From positions 9,410 through 73,409 of the forward strand of contig JALSRD010000006.1 in NCBI GenBank assembly GCA_026984935.1: 64,000 nt of DNA. The letters run 5' to 3'. The position numbers were made by a program, and so were the translations under genes. Origin of the DNA: Desulfobacterales bacterium (GTDB lineage Bacteria > Desulfobacterota > Desulfobacteria > Desulfobacterales > JALSRD01). Under the pieces are notes generated by a model. It had not been told where the DNA came from and searched no databases. It saw only the letters and a list, made by a program, of their open reading frames with translations. Shown piece after piece: positions 1 to 10,716 of the stretch; position 1 is the first letter of the stretch, and each line of letters opens with the position of its first letter.

Positions 1-1
1 G

Positions 2-316
2 GTGGCTTTTAGCGGCAACCCGGGGCAGGCCAACTATGCGGCTTCCAAAGCCGGTATTGCGGGACTCACGCGGGCGGTGGCGAGAGAACTGGCCTCGCGC
101 GGGATCACCGCCAATGCGGTGGCCCCCGGTTTTGTGGAAACAGATATGACAGCCGGGCTTTCGGAAAACGCCAGGGCTGCCATGGTCGACCAGATTCCGC
201 TGGGGCGTGTGGGAACACCGGAGGATGTCGCCGCCGCGGTGACATTCCTGGCTTCGGACCAGGCGGCGTATATTACCGGCCAGGTCATACATGTCAGCGG
301 TGGTATGTACATGTGA
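2..316 (+). CDS. fabG: 3-oxoacyl-ACP reductase, C-terminal part (truncated by window start)
   Basis: SDR motifs [39 protein letters not shown]; directly upstream of acpP-fabF. Confidence 0.95.
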   Translation: MAFSGNPGQANYAASKAGIAGLTRAVARELASRGITANAVAPGFVETDMTAGLSENARAAMVDQIPLGRVGTPEDVAAAVTFLASDQAAYITGQVIHVSGGMYM

Positions 317-338
317 AACGCGAAAGGAGAACCAACCC

Positions 339-569
339 ATGTCAGTTGTGGACAAAGTCAAAAAGATCATTGCAGAAAAGCTCAGCGTGGATATCGAAGA
401 AGTCGTACCCGAGGCCAGTTTCGTGGATGACCTGGGGGCGGATTCGCTGGACCTGGTCGAATTGATTATGAGTATGGAGGAAGAGTTCGATATCGACATT
501 CCGGACGAGGACGCCGAAAAAATGCTGACCGTAAAGGATGCCATCGAATACACGGAAGCGCATCTGTAA
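339..569 (+). CDS. acpP: Acyl carrier protein
   Basis: [13 protein letters not shown] phosphopantetheine motif; ATG at 339 after AAGGAG RBS (ORF-track start 291 looks over-extended). Confidence 0.97.
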   Translation: MSVVDKVKKIIAEKLSVDIEEVVPEASFVDDLGADSLDLVELIMSMEEEFDIDIPDEDAEKMLTVKDAIEYTEAHL

Positions 570-638
570 ATAGCGATGGCCGCATGGCCGCGATGCTGGC
601 ATCAGCATCGCGTGCACATGCGAGAAGAGGAGGAGAAG

Positions 639-1883
639 GTGAACAGGCGTGTGGTCATAACCGGCATCGGCCTGGTGACCCCACTGGGAATCGGTGCCGC
701 CGAGACCTGGGCGGCGCTGTGCGCGGGAAAGTCCGGCATCGGACCCATCACCCGCTTTAACGCGTCGGCTTACGATACCCAGATTGCAGGGGAAGTCAAG
801 GAATTCCAGGCGGTTGATTTTCTGCCGCGCAAGGAGGCCCGGCGCACTCCGCGCTTTATCGCCTATGCCGTGGCGGCCGCGCGCATGGCCCTGGAAGATT
901 CCGGCTTGAAAGTGGACGACCAAAACGCCGACCGCATCGGGGTGATGACCGGCTGTGGTATCGGCGGCCTGTCCGTGCTGGAAAGAAACTACAAGGTACT
1001 GCTGGAACGGGGCCCCAAACGGGTGAGCCCTTTCCTGATCCCGATGATGATCGGCAATATGGCGCCGGGCATGATTTCCATCCAGCTGGGCGTGCGGGGA
1101 CCCAACACGTCCATCGCCACGGCCTGTGCGGCCGGCTCGCACGCCATCGGGGATGCCTTCAAACTGGTCCAGAGCGGCCGGGCGGACGCCATGATCACAG
1201 GTGGTGTGGAATCGGTGATTACACCGACCTGCATTTCCGGGTTCAACGCCATGAAAGCGCTGTCGACGCGCAACGACGCACCGGAAAAGGCATCCCGTCC
1301 CTTCGATCGCGATCGTGATGGCTTTGTGGTCGGCGAGGGCAGCGGCATCATGGTGCTCGAGCCGCTGGAAGCCGCCCGCGAACGTGGGGCGCGGATCTAT
1401 GCTGAAATCGTCGGCTTCGGTATGAGCGGCGACGGCTACCACATGACGGCACCGGCGCCCAATGGCGATGGGGCCGCCCGCTGCATGCAGGCCGCACTGG
1501 ACGATGCACAGGTCCCCTACCGCAGCGTCGGCTATATCAACGCCCATGGCACCTCTACCCAGCTCAACGACCTCTACGAAACGCGGGCCGTGAAAACGGT
1601 GTTCAAAGAGCAGGCGGCCAGGATTCCCATGAGCTCGACCAAGTCGATGACCGGGCACCTGTTGGGCGGTGCCGGAGGCATCGAAACGGTTTTCACGGCG
1701 CTGACGCTCAAAGAAGGAATTATTCCGCCTACCATCAACCTGGACAACCCCGGTGAAGAATGCGACCTGGACTACGTGCCGCACGCGGCGCGCCGCCTGG
1801 CGGTAACCTATGCCATGACCAATTCGTTCGGATTCGGCGGGACCAACGCCTCGCTGCTGCTGAAGGCATACGGAACCACATAG
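639..1883 (+). CDS. fabF: Beta-ketoacyl-ACP synthase II
   Basis: RRVVITGIG start, TACAAG catalytic Cys, NAHGTST, GHLLG, NSFGFGG; GTG start at 639 after GGAGGAG. Confidence 0.96.
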   Translation: MNRRVVITGIGLVTPLGIGAAETWAALCAGKSGIGPITRFNASAYDTQIAGEVKEFQAVDFLPRKEARRTPRFIAYAVAAARMALEDSGLKVDDQNADRIGVMTGCGIGGLSVLERNYKVLLERGPKRVSPFLIPMMIGNMAPGMISIQLGVRGPNTSIATACAAGSHAIGDAFKLVQSGRADAMITGGVESVITPTCISGFNAMKALSTRNDAPEKASRPFDRDRDGFVVGEGSGIMVLEPLEAARERGARIYAEIVGFGMSGDGYHMTAPAPNGDGAARCMQAALDDAQVPYRSVGYINAHGTSTQLNDLYETRAVKTVFKEQAARIPMSSTKSMTGHLLGGAGGIETVFTALTLKEGIIPPTINLDNPGEECDLDYVPHAARRLAVTYAMTNSFGFGGTNASLLLKAYGTT

Positions 1884-1959
1884 CCCCGATAGCTGTGCCT
1901 GTCCGTGCGGAAGGCCCGTTGCCGCCGCTTGAACACTTTGCCGTACCGGAAAAACGCTT

Positions 1960-2424
1960 ATGACTATCGATCGATCACCCATGATTATCGGAAGCGATCA
2001 TGCCGCCTTCGGGCTCAAGGAAACCATCCGGGCCTATGTCGCCGCCAAGGGGATCACCATCGAAGATGCCGGCACCTTCAGCCGGGATTCCAGTGATTAT
2101 CCCGATTTTGCCATTAAAGTCGCCCTCCGGGTCTCCCGGGGGGAGTACACCCGCGGTATCCTGATGTGCGGCACGGGCATCGGCATGTCCATGGTGGCCA
2201 ACAAGTTCCCGCACGTGCGGGCGGCGCTGTGCAACGACCTGTTTGCGGCCAAGATGAGCCGTCGGCACAACGATGCCAACATCCTGGTCATGGGCGGGCG
2301 GGTTGTCGGTGAGGCCCTGGCCTGTGAGATCGTGGATACCTGGCTGGCAGAACCCTTTGAGGGCGGCCGGCATCAGCAGCGCATCGACAAGTTCGACGGC
2401 CTGTCAACCATTGAACTCCCTTGA
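1960..2424 (+). CDS. rpiB: Ribose-5-phosphate isomerase B
   Basis: [33 protein letters not shown] motifs. Confidence 0.95.
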   Translation: MTIDRSPMIIGSDHAAFGLKETIRAYVAAKGITIEDAGTFSRDSSDYPDFAIKVALRVSRGEYTRGILMCGTGIGMSMVANKFPHVRAALCNDLFAAKMSRRHNDANILVMGGRVVGEALACEIVDTWLAEPFEGGRHQQRIDKFDGLSTIELP

Positions 2425-2501
2425 TCGCTGACGGCGGGGGCCGTCCGCGCGGCACATGTGCGCTGACCGTTCTTGCCGCGGAAAGGGGAAATGGCCACAT
2501 A

Positions 2502-2978
2502 ATGGTGAAAGAGACACGCCCCTCGTGGGAAACCTATTTCATGGAAATTGCCCTGCTGGTGGCGCGTCGCTCCACTTGCACGCGGCGTGCCGTGGGCGCG
2601 GTGATCGTCAAGGACAAGCGCGTGCTGGCCACCGGATACAACGGTGCGCCCTCCGGTGTACGGCACTGCGTTGAAACCGGCTGTCTGCGCGAGCAGCTCA
2701 AGGTGCCCTCGGGAGAGCGCCATGAGCTCTGCCGTGGGATTCATGCCGAACAAAACGCCATTATCCAGGCCGCATTCCACGGCGTCTCCATCCGGGATGC
2801 GGTGCTGTTCTGCACCAATCTGCCCTGCTCGATCTGCTCCAAAATGATCATCAACGCCGGTATCCGGCGTATCATTTACCGTTCCGGGTACGCGGACAGC
2901 ATGTCCGAGGATATGCTGCAGGAGGCCGGTGTCGAGCTTATTCAGATACGCGGCGACGACGGGGGGGAAAAGCGATGA
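2502..2978 (+). CDS. Cytidine/deoxycytidylate deaminase family protein (dCMP deaminase-like)
   Basis: RSTC, TGYNG, HAEQNA, PCSIC zinc deaminase motifs; start chosen at MVKETRPSW. Confidence 0.9.
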   Translation: MVKETRPSWETYFMEIALLVARRSTCTRRAVGAVIVKDKRVLATGYNGAPSGVRHCVETGCLREQLKVPSGERHELCRGIHAEQNAIIQAAFHGVSIRDAVLFCTNLPCSICSKMIINAGIRRIIYRSGYADSMSEDMLQEAGVELIQIRGDDGGEKR

Positions 2979-3430
2979 AATGTCCGTTTTGCGGGGAGAT
3001 CAACAACAAGGTCATCGATTCCAGGCTGAGCAAGGACGGCGATGTCATTCGCCGGCGCCGGGAATGCATCCTGTGCAGCCGACGGTTTACGACTTACGAG
3101 CACATTGAAGAAATCCCCATTATGATCATTAAAAAGGACGGACGGCGGGAGGTTTTCAGCCGCGAAAAGGTACGTTCCGGCATTCAGCGGGCCTGTGAAA
3201 AACGGGACATCAGCATGAACGTCATCGATGCCATTGTGGACGAACTGGAGCGCGACCTGCGGGAGACCGGGAAAAAAGAAATTCCCTCGCGTGATATCGG
3301 TGAACGCATCATTAACCGGCTGCACGAGCTGGACGATGTGGCCTACGTGCGTTTTGCCTCGGTTTACCGGGAATTTAAAGATGTCAATGACTTCGTGTCC
3401 GAACTCAAATCGCTGCTGAGCCAGCAGTAG
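2975..3430 (+). CDS. nrdR: Transcriptional repressor NrdR
   Basis: MKCPFC...RRRRECxxC..RFTTYE zinc ribbon, ATP cone, [11 protein letters not shown]. Confidence 0.97.
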   Translation: MKCPFCGEINNKVIDSRLSKDGDVIRRRRECILCSRRFTTYEHIEEIPIMIIKKDGRREVFSREKVRSGIQRACEKRDISMNVIDAIVDELERDLRETGKKEIPSRDIGERIINRLHELDDVAYVRFASVYREFKDVNDFVSELKSLLSQQ

Positions 3431-3447
3431 TGCGAGTTTTTCCCGTC

Positions 3448-3507
3448 GGCTTCGGCACAGGCGCCCAACCCCTTGAAGGGGTCTGCCTCGTGCCCGGAGC
3501 CTTTTTT
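3448..3507 (+). terminator. Long imperfect hairpin followed by T6, intrinsic-terminator-like, between nrdR and ribD
   Basis: GGCTTCGGCAC-AGGC...ACCCCTTGAAGGGGT...GCCT-CGTGCC-CGGAGCC then TTTTTT (3502-3507). Confidence 0.55.
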
Positions 3508-3565
3508 AATGGTTTGGCCGGCAATCAGTCGATCTGGTGACGCAAGTTTTTTGGAACTAGGAAGC

Positions 3566-4669
3566 ATGGACGATCGTTATTTCATGCGGCGGGCGCTTTC
3601 ACTGGCCGCCCGCGGACAGGGTTACGTGGCCCCCAACCCCATGGTCGGGGCCCTGGTGGTCCAGTCCGGGAAGGTGGTCGGGCGGGGGTACCATCGCGCT
3701 GTCGGCCAGCCCCACGCCGAGGTCGAGGCCCTTGAAGATGCCGGCCCGGCCAGCCGCGGGGCGACGCTGTACGTCACCCTGGAACCGTGCAACCACACGG
3801 GCCGCACGCCGCCCTGCACGCAAAAAATCCTGCAGGCCGGTATCCGCCGTGTGGTCATGGCCATGCGAGACCCCAACCCGCACGTAGACGGCGGCGGCAC
3901 GGATTTTCTGCGCCGGCAGGGCCTCCAGGTGACCTGCGGCGTCTGTGAGGCCCAGGCCCGCCGGTTGAACGAAGTTTTTGTCAAGTATGTCACCACCGGA
4001 CGGCCCTTTGTCATGCTCAAGTGCGCGGCCACGCTGGACGGGCAGATCGCCACGCGCAGCGGTGATGCCCGCTGGATCAGCGGGGAGGCGTCACGCCGCT
4101 ACGTGCATGAACTGCGGCATATGGCCGATGCGATTCTGGTGGGTATCGGCACGGTGCTGGCGGACGATCCGAGCCTGACCACCCGTCTCGAAGGCGGTGT
4201 GCACGGCCGCCCCGGGCGGGACCCCCGGCGCATCATTCTGGACACGCACCTTTCCATCCCGGAAACCGCCAGGGTCTTGCGGCAGGCATCGGATTCTGAT
4301 ACGCTGATAGTTGTGGGACCCGGGGTTAGCGCGGAAAAGCGCGCACGCCTGACGGCCACCGGCGCCGGAATTATCGAAAGCCCGCTGAAGGATGGATGGG
4401 TGGATCTGCAGGCGCTGATGGAACAGCTCGCCCAGAGGAGCATTACCAGCCTGCTTATCGAGGGCGGCGGCCGCGTCTGCGCCTCGGCCTTAAAGGCCGG
4501 GGTCGTCGATAAAATCTTTTTTTTCTTTGCGCCCAAACTGCTGGGCGGCAGCGATGGGGTGCCCATCTGTCATGGTCCGGGGGTCGCGCTTATGCGGGAC
4601 GCCTTGCCGGTTAAGGATATGACGGTAAAACGTTTCGGCGATGATGTCCTGATCGAGGGCTACCTTTGA
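3566..4669 (+). CDS. ribD: Bifunctional diaminohydroxyphosphoribosylaminopyrimidine deaminase/reductase
   Basis: PNPMVGA, HAE, TLEPCNHTGRTPPC, DDPSLT, IEGGG; start chosen at MDDRYFM. Confidence 0.96.
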   Translation: MDDRYFMRRALSLAARGQGYVAPNPMVGALVVQSGKVVGRGYHRAVGQPHAEVEALEDAGPASRGATLYVTLEPCNHTGRTPPCTQKILQAGIRRVVMAMRDPNPHVDGGGTDFLRRQGLQVTCGVCEAQARRLNEVFVKYVTTGRPFVMLKCAATLDGQIATRSGDARWISGEASRRYVHELRHMADAILVGIGTVLADDPSLTTRLEGGVHGRPGRDPRRIILDTHLSIPETARVLRQASDSDTLIVVGPGVSAEKRARLTATGAGIIESPLKDGWVDLQALMEQLAQRSITSLLIEGGGRVCASALKAGVVDKIFFFFAPKLLGGSDGVPICHGPGVALMRDALPVKDMTVKRFGDDVLIEGYL

Positions 4670-4714
4670 TTCGAATCCGCGCCTGGTCCGGCGTGCGGCA
4701 AACGGTTGAAGTCC

Positions 4715-5374
4715 ATGTTTACGGGAATCATAGAAGGCTTCGGAACGCTGATGCGCCTGCGGCCCGCGGACGGGGGCCTGCGCATGGTCGTGCGTGCGGA
4801 TTTTGACCTGGACGGCAGCCGCATCGGAGACAGCATCTGCGTAAACGGCGCCTGCCTGACGGCCGTGGAAATCGCGGGCCGGACCTTTACGGTGGATGTC
4901 TCTCCCGAAACACTGTCGAAGTCGACGTTCAGGCGGGTGGTCGCCGGTGAGATCGTCAACCTGGAACGGGCCTTGCGCATGGGCGGCCGCATCGACGGCC
5001 ACCTGGTATCAGGACACCTGGACGGTACCGGCACCGTGGCCGGCATACAGGCCGCCGGCAACGCGCGCATTTTTCAATTTCGTGCGCCGGAGGCCATTAC
5101 GCGCTATATGATTCAAAAGGGTTCCGTGGCGGTTGACGGCATCAGCCTGACCGTCAACGCCGTAAACCGCCTGGATTTTGCCGTCAGTGTCATTCCGCAC
5201 ACGGCGCAGGCGACGACGCTGGGACATAAGAAGGCCGGCGACAGCGTCAACCTGGAAGTCGACATGATCGGCAAATACGTCGAACGCTTCATGGCGCAAT
5301 GCGGCCGGGCCACGGCTCAAACGCCGCCGGCCGGCGCCGTCAACCGGGAGTTTCTGGCGCGCCACGGCTTTTGA
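4715..5374 (+). CDS. ribE: Riboflavin synthase (alpha chain)
   Basis: MFTGII N-terminus, GDSICVNGACLT, VNLERA, GHLVSGH, KGSVAVDGISLT. Confidence 0.96.
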   Translation: MFTGIIEGFGTLMRLRPADGGLRMVVRADFDLDGSRIGDSICVNGACLTAVEIAGRTFTVDVSPETLSKSTFRRVVAGEIVNLERALRMGGRIDGHLVSGHLDGTGTVAGIQAAGNARIFQFRAPEAITRYMIQKGSVAVDGISLTVNAVNRLDFAVSVIPHTAQATTLGHKKAGDSVNLEVDMIGKYVERFMAQCGRATAQTPPAGAVNREFLARHGF

Positions 5375-5462
5375 AGCGGGCAGCACCGCAAAGCGTGTAC
5401 GTTTTTAACCGGCGGCTCGAAGCGGCCGTCGTTTTGGGGCAACAGGAGAGTTTTGCAAAATC

Positions 5463-6677
5463 ATGCCAATTATATCCATTGAAGAAGCCATCCGGCAGAT
5501 CAAGTCCGGCCGCATGGTCATTCTGGTCGATGATGAAGACCGCGAAAACGAAGGCGATCTGACCATTGCCGCCCAGTTCGTCACGCCGGAGGTGATCAAT
5601 TTCATGGCCAAGTACGGCCGGGGGCTGATCTGCCTGGCCCTGACCGCTGAAAAGGTGGATTCCCTGGCCCTGCCGCCCATGGTGGAGCACAACACCTGCC
5701 GCTTTTCCACGGGTTTCACGGTGTCCATCGAGGCCCGCAGCGGTGTCACCACCGGTATCTCCGCCGCCGACCGCGCCACCACCATTCAGACCGCCATCGC
5801 CGATGATGCCAAGCCCGAAGACCTGGTGCGGCCGGGCCACGTGTTCCCGCTGCGGGCGGTCAACGGCGGCGTGACCGTGCGGACCGGCCAGACCGAGGGA
5901 TCGGTGGACCTGGCGCGCCTGGCCGGGCTCAAGCCGGCCGCCGTGATCTGCGAGATCATGGACGAGGACGGCACCATGGCGCGCATGCCCTCGCTGGAAA
6001 AGTTCAGTGAAAAACACGACATCGGCATCTGCACCATCGCCGATCTGATTGCCTACCGCATGCGCACCGAATCGTTTGTGCACCGGATCGTGGAAACCGT
6101 GATTCCCACGGCGCACGCCGGGGAATTCAAAATCATCCTCTACGAAAACGACATGGACAGTTATCAGCACATCGCACTGGTGAAGGGTGCAATCGACCCG
6201 GATCAGCCGATTCTGGTGCGTGTGCACTCCGAGTGTCTCACCGGTGACATTTTCGGCTCCATGCGCTGCGACTGCGGTGACCAGCTGCATACCGCCATGA
6301 AGATGATGGATGCAGAAGGAGCCGGTGTGCTGCTCTACATTCGCCAGGAGGGCCGCGGCATCGGTCTGGCCAACAAGCTCAAGGCCTACTGCCTGCAGGA
6401 TCAGGGCCTGGACACCGTGGAGGCCAATGTTAAACTGGGCTTCAAGCCGGACATGCGCAACTACGGCATCGGTGCTCAGGTGCTGGTGGACCTGGGAGTC
6501 AAGAAGATGCGCCTGATCACCAACAACCCCAAGAAAATGGTGGGCCTGCAGGGTTATGGTCTCAGCATCGTGGAACAGGTGCCCATTCAGATCGAACCCA
6601 ATGAGTTCAACCGCTGTTACCTGGAGTGCAAGCAACTCAAGATGGGGCACCTGCTGAATCTGGACGCCAAGCCCTGA
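5463..6677 (+). CDS. ribBA: Bifunctional DHBP synthase / GTP cyclohydrolase II
   Basis: [50 protein letters not shown]. Confidence 0.97.
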   Translation: MPIISIEEAIRQIKSGRMVILVDDEDRENEGDLTIAAQFVTPEVINFMAKYGRGLICLALTAEKVDSLALPPMVEHNTCRFSTGFTVSIEARSGVTTGISAADRATTIQTAIADDAKPEDLVRPGHVFPLRAVNGGVTVRTGQTEGSVDLARLAGLKPAAVICEIMDEDGTMARMPSLEKFSEKHDIGICTIADLIAYRMRTESFVHRIVETVIPTAHAGEFKIILYENDMDSYQHIALVKGAIDPDQPILVRVHSECLTGDIFGSMRCDCGDQLHTAMKMMDAEGAGVLLYIRQEGRGIGLANKLKAYCLQDQGLDTVEANVKLGFKPDMRNYGIGAQVLVDLGVKKMRLITNNPKKMVGLQGYGLSIVEQVPIQIEPNEFNRCYLECKQLKMGHLLNLDAKP

Positions 6678-6724
6678 GACGGCGCTGGGGAGCGGAAATC
6701 GCCAAAATGGAAGGAAAGTCGAAG

Positions 6725-7198
6725 ATGCCCAAAATAATTGAAGGCAAACTGCTGGCCAAAAACAAGCGCTTTGCGGTTATCGCCAGCCGTTTCAACGATT
6801 TTATTACCGAGAAACTGGTCGATGGAGCGTTGGATGCGCTGCTGCGCTCCGGTGCCGCTGAGAAGGACATCGACATTATCAAGGTGCCGGGAGCTTTTGA
6901 GATTCCGCTGGTGGCCAAGAAAGTGGCGCAAACGCACGCCCATCACGCCGTGATCTGCCTGGGGGCCGTCATCCGCGGTGCGACGCCGCATTTCGACTAC
7001 GTCAGCGCCGAAGTTTCCAAGGGCATCGCCGCTGTGGGCCTGGAAGCGGAAGTGCCGGTAATTTTCGGAATTTTAACCACCGACAGCATCGAACAGGCCA
7101 TCGAACGCGCTGGTACCAAGTCCGGCAACAAAGGGTGGAGCGCCGCCATCAGCGCCGTGGAGATGGCCAACCTGCTCGAGGTGCTGGAACCATCCTGA
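6725..7198 (+). CDS. ribH: 6,7-dimethyl-8-ribityllumazine synthase
   Basis: [39 protein letters not shown]. Confidence 0.97.
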   Translation: MPKIIEGKLLAKNKRFAVIASRFNDFITEKLVDGALDALLRSGAAEKDIDIIKVPGAFEIPLVAKKVAQTHAHHAVICLGAVIRGATPHFDYVSAEVSKGIAAVGLEAEVPVIFGILTTDSIEQAIERAGTKSGNKGWSAAISAVEMANLLEVLEPS

Positions 7199-7200
7199 TC

Positions 7201-7821
7201 ATGGGCAGTCGACGCCAAGCACGGGAGCTGGCCATGCAGGCCTTATTCTATATGGATGCGGACGGCGGCGACTGGCGGGAGGAACTCGCCCGCTTTCGTG
7301 ACTGTTTCTGCCCGCACAAAAAAGCGCTGCCCTTTTTTATGCAGCTCGTCGAGGGAGTCGTTGCCGCCCGCACCCGGATCGATCACCTCATCGAAGGCTG
7401 CTCCAGCAACTGGAAGATCGGGCGCATGTCGGGGGTCGACCGCAATATCATGCGTGTTGCGGTCTACGAACTGCTCTATTGCGGAGATATTCCATCCAAG
7501 GTTTCCATCAACGAGGCCATCGATATCGGCAAGAAATACGGCACCGAAGATTCAGGCGCTTTTATAAACGGCATCCTGGACAGTATCCGGGCGGCCATGG
7601 ACAGCGGTCAAATCGACCCTGCGGCCGAGCCGGCCACGCATGAGGACGAGGTCCGGGAAGCCGCCGGGCCAAAGACGCCCCCTGCCGGCGTAAAAGCCCC
7701 GCCAGACGAACCCCGGGCCGCAAGCAGGCCGGACGAAGTGGAAAAACCCGCCGTGCAGCGGTCGGTGGCTCTGTCGCCGAGGATCAGGAAGCGGCCTGCA
7801 AACCGCAATAAGGCGTCCTAA
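7201..7821 (+). CDS. nusB: Transcription antitermination factor NusB with C-terminal low-complexity extension
   Basis: RRQARELAMQALF, DRNIMR, INEAIDIGKKYG, FINGILD; follows ribH. Confidence 0.93.
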   Translation: MGSRRQARELAMQALFYMDADGGDWREELARFRDCFCPHKKALPFFMQLVEGVVAARTRIDHLIEGCSSNWKIGRMSGVDRNIMRVAVYELLYCGDIPSKVSINEAIDIGKKYGTEDSGAFINGILDSIRAAMDSGQIDPAAEPATHEDEVREAAGPKTPPAGVKAPPDEPRAASRPDEVEKPAVQRSVALSPRIRKRPANRNKAS

Positions 7822-7851
7822 TTGATTAATCAAAGCAAGGAGAAAAGCATC

Positions 7852-9228
7852 ATGGAAGTCCGTAAAGTTCTGTTGAGCGAAGACGAAATGCCGCGCCAGT
7901 GGTACAATATCCTGGCGGACATCAAGATGAATCCGCCCCTAGGGCCCGATGGGCAGCCGGTTAAACCGGAGATGCTGGCGCCGGTCTTTCCCATGAACCT
8001 CATCGAACAGGAGGTTTCCACCGAACGCTGGATCGACATACCGGAAGGGATTTTGCAGATCCTGAAAATATGGCGCCCCTCTCCCCTGGTACGCGCGCTT
8101 TTTCTGGAAAAGGCTCTGGATACACCGGCCAGGATTTATTATAAAAACGAAGGCGTCAGCCCCCCCGGAAGCCACAAACCCAACACCGCCGTTGCCCAGG
8201 CCTATTACAACAAAGAGTTCGGCATCAAAAAAATCACCACCGAAACCGGTGCCGGACAGTGGGGCAGCGCCCTGTCTTTTGCCTGCTGCCAGTTCGGGAT
8301 CGAATGCAAGGTCTTCATGGTGCGCGTCAGCTTCGACCAGAAACCCTACCGCAAATCCATGATGGAAGCCTGGGGTGGACACTGTGTGGCCAGCCCTTCC
8401 ACGGAAACCGAGGCCGGGCGCCAGGCGCTGGCCAAAGATCCCGAGACACCCGGCAGCCTCGGCATCGCTATCAGTGAAGCCATCGAGGCGGCTGTTTCCG
8501 ACAAAAGCGGCACCACGCGCTACTCTTTGGGCAGCGTGCTGAACCACGTGCTGCTGCACCAGACCATTATCGGGCTGGAAGCCAAGAAACAGTTGGAAAA
8601 GATCGGTGAATACCCGGATGTGGTCATCGGTTGTGCCGGCGGCGGCAGCAACTTCGCCGGGCTGGCCTTCCCCTTTGTGCTCGACAAGATCAACGGCCGC
8701 GACCTTGAGATTTACCCCGTCGAGCCGGCGGCCTGCCCGACCATGACCCGGGCGCCTTTCGTCTACGATCATGGCGATACGGCCCGCTATACGCCGCTGT
8801 TGCCCATGCACAGCCTGGGGCATGCCTTTGTGCCGCCGCCTTTTCACGCCGGGGGATTGCGCTATCATGGCATGGCACCAACTGTTAGTCAGCTGGTCAC
8901 CGAGGGGATCATCTCACCCAAGGCCGTGCGCCAGCTGGAGGCCTACAAGGCCGGTGTGCAATTCGCCCGTACCGAAGGGGTGATCCCGGCGCCCGAAACC
9001 ACCCACGCGCTGGCCTATGTGGCCCAAGAGGCCCGCAAGGCCAAAGAAGAAGGCAGGGAAAAGGTTATCCTGGTCAATTTCAGCGGGCACGGGCTGCTGG
9101 ATTTTGCCGGCTACGACAAATATTTCAGCGGCAAGCTGGACAACTATGCACTGTCCGATGAGCAGCTGGCTGAGGCGGAGAGCGCTTTTGCCGATTTTCC
9201 CAAACCCCAGCACTTGAAAAGCCGCTGA
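7852..9228 (+). CDS. trpB2: TrpB-like PLP enzyme (TrpB2, stand-alone tryptophan synthase beta)
   Basis: [52 protein letters not shown]. Confidence 0.92.
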   Translation: MEVRKVLLSEDEMPRQWYNILADIKMNPPLGPDGQPVKPEMLAPVFPMNLIEQEVSTERWIDIPEGILQILKIWRPSPLVRALFLEKALDTPARIYYKNEGVSPPGSHKPNTAVAQAYYNKEFGIKKITTETGAGQWGSALSFACCQFGIECKVFMVRVSFDQKPYRKSMMEAWGGHCVASPSTETEAGRQALAKDPETPGSLGIAISEAIEAAVSDKSGTTRYSLGSVLNHVLLHQTIIGLEAKKQLEKIGEYPDVVIGCAGGGSNFAGLAFPFVLDKINGRDLEIYPVEPAACPTMTRAPFVYDHGDTARYTPLLPMHSLGHAFVPPPFHAGGLRYHGMAPTVSQLVTEGIISPKAVRQLEAYKAGVQFARTEGVIPAPETTHALAYVAQEARKAKEEGREKVILVNFSGHGLLDFAGYDKYFSGKLDNYALSDEQLAEAESAFADFPKPQHLKSR

Positions 9229-9244
9229 AAAGGCGACCGCTGAT

Positions 9245-9523
9245 ATGGATGTAAGCAAAGACAGATACCGCCGGCGCTGCCCGAAGCTCGGCGGCCCGGT
9301 CGCTTTTTCCTACTGCCGGAGCAGCGGAGCGTCGGAACTGCCCTGCCACAAAATCATGGACTGCTGGTGGGAAGTTTTCGACATCCATGCGTTTTTAAAA
9401 CTAAACTATGCGCCGGAGCAGCTGCAAGCCTTTGCCCGGCGCAGCATACCGGAACCCAAGATCAGCAGCCTGGTCGACCTGATTGCAAAAGCCCGGCGCA
9501 GCAGCGGAACGGATGACGTCTGA
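9245..9523 (+). CDS. Small hypothetical protein with four Cys (CPKLG...C...PC...DCWW)
   Basis: 92-aa ORF filling the gap between trpB2 and the MBL gene on the same strand; protein-like composition. Confidence 0.7.
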   Translation: MDVSKDRYRRRCPKLGGPVAFSYCRSSGASELPCHKIMDCWWEVFDIHAFLKLNYAPEQLQAFARRSIPEPKISSLVDLIAKARRSSGTDDV

Positions 9524-9596
9524 CCATGCGGGACCCGACCCGCTTTCTCAGGGCGCGGCGGTTCCCGCAGTGCATGAGCCGAAGAGGAGATTTCCA

Positions 9597-10223
9597 TTGA
9601 TCATTAAAAAGTTATCCGTGGGGCCGCTGATGGCCAACTGTTTCATCGTGGGATGCAAAGAAACCGGAGAAGCTGCAGTGATAGACCCGGGAGGTGAAGC
9701 CGACCGGATCCTGATGGCGCTGGCGGAATCCAAACTGACTGTAAAATACATCCTCAATACCCACGGGCACTTCGATCACGTGGGTGCCAACGCCCGCCTG
9801 AAGCAGGCTACCGGGGCGCAGCTGCTGATCCACCGTTTGGATGCCCCCATGCTGGACCAGGTGCTGGCGGCGGCCTCCACCTTCGGGCTTGCCGCCGAAA
9901 ATTCACCTGCTCCCGACCGCACCATAGAAGAGGGCGACACGGTCTCGTTCGGCAGGCTCACGTTCGACGTGATCCACACGCCCGGCCATACACCGGGGGG
10001 CGTGTCATTTCACAGTGACGGGCATGTTTTCGTTGGTGACACCCTCTTTGCGGGCTCCATCGGCCGTACGGATTTTCCCGGCGGCGATTACGCAACGCTG
10101 ATCGCCAGCATCCAGCAGAAGCTCTTTCGACTGGACGATGCGGTCACGGTCTACAATGGCCACGGACCGGAAACCACCATCGGCGTTGAGAAGCGCACCA
10201 ATCCCTTTGCGCGGATTGTGTAA
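9597..10223 (+). CDS. MBL-fold metallo-hydrolase (glyoxalase II-like)
   Basis: THGHFDHVG, TPGHTPG, GDTLF, GRTDFPGG, GHG; TTG start at 9597 after GAGGAG. Confidence 0.92.
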   Translation: MIIKKLSVGPLMANCFIVGCKETGEAAVIDPGGEADRILMALAESKLTVKYILNTHGHFDHVGANARLKQATGAQLLIHRLDAPMLDQVLAAASTFGLAAENSPAPDRTIEEGDTVSFGRLTFDVIHTPGHTPGGVSFHSDGHVFVGDTLFAGSIGRTDFPGGDYATLIASIQQKLFRLDDAVTVYNGHGPETTIGVEKRTNPFARIV

Positions 10224-10287
10224 TGCAAGGCGGCATGTGATTCAGGACGGCTGGTCAACGGCAGCGATCTGTCTGCCTGGTTCGCAA

Positions 10288-10507
10288 GTCGGGTTTCAGG
10301 TGTCAAAACGGGGGTGCAGGCGCGCGTGCCGGGCTGCCCGGACACGGGAAAAAGGCCAACCGCTGGCAGGGGCGTAATGCACGGTGGTTGCTTTGCGGTT
10401 TGAAATTCGATATTGGCGGAAATCAAACCACGCAGGCCTAATTTCCGGGAAATGTCGAACAATGATCCCGGCACCTGATTGCCAAACGTCAGCCGCTGAA
10501 ACCCGAC
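10288..10507. repeat. 220-bp intergenic element bounded by a perfect 12-bp inverted repeat, with internal hairpins
   Basis: GTCGGGTTTCAG (10288-10299) / CTGAAACCCGAC (10496-10507); inner stems near 10326-10345, 10394-10434, 10445-10471. Confidence 0.5.
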
Positions 10508-10716
10508 ACCCGGCCCACCCTTTCGTTCCCCGTTTCAGCCAAGCGCTAACTTTTTTTAAGCCGACTGCCGGCTTTTCCCGACGCCTGCCGCGCGGCAGTC
10601 CCTCAACGCCCTACAGCGCCCTCGCGCTCCCCATTTCTGCCAGCTACCGACTGGTACGTTGCCGACACCCCGCGTCCATCATAAAGCCGCGGCTTCGATG
10701 CACATCCCCGGCATGG

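Noticed and set aside
342-1982. 546-aa minus-strand ORF, and similar shadows such as 5340-6650, 21846-23051, 37511-39028, 45348-46727
   Set aside because: Each lies opposite a clearly identified gene and has no recognisable domain.
10288-10507. 6S RNA, tmRNA or RNase P RNA
   Set aside because: No recognisable conserved termini or motifs by eye; kept only as an unassigned structured element.
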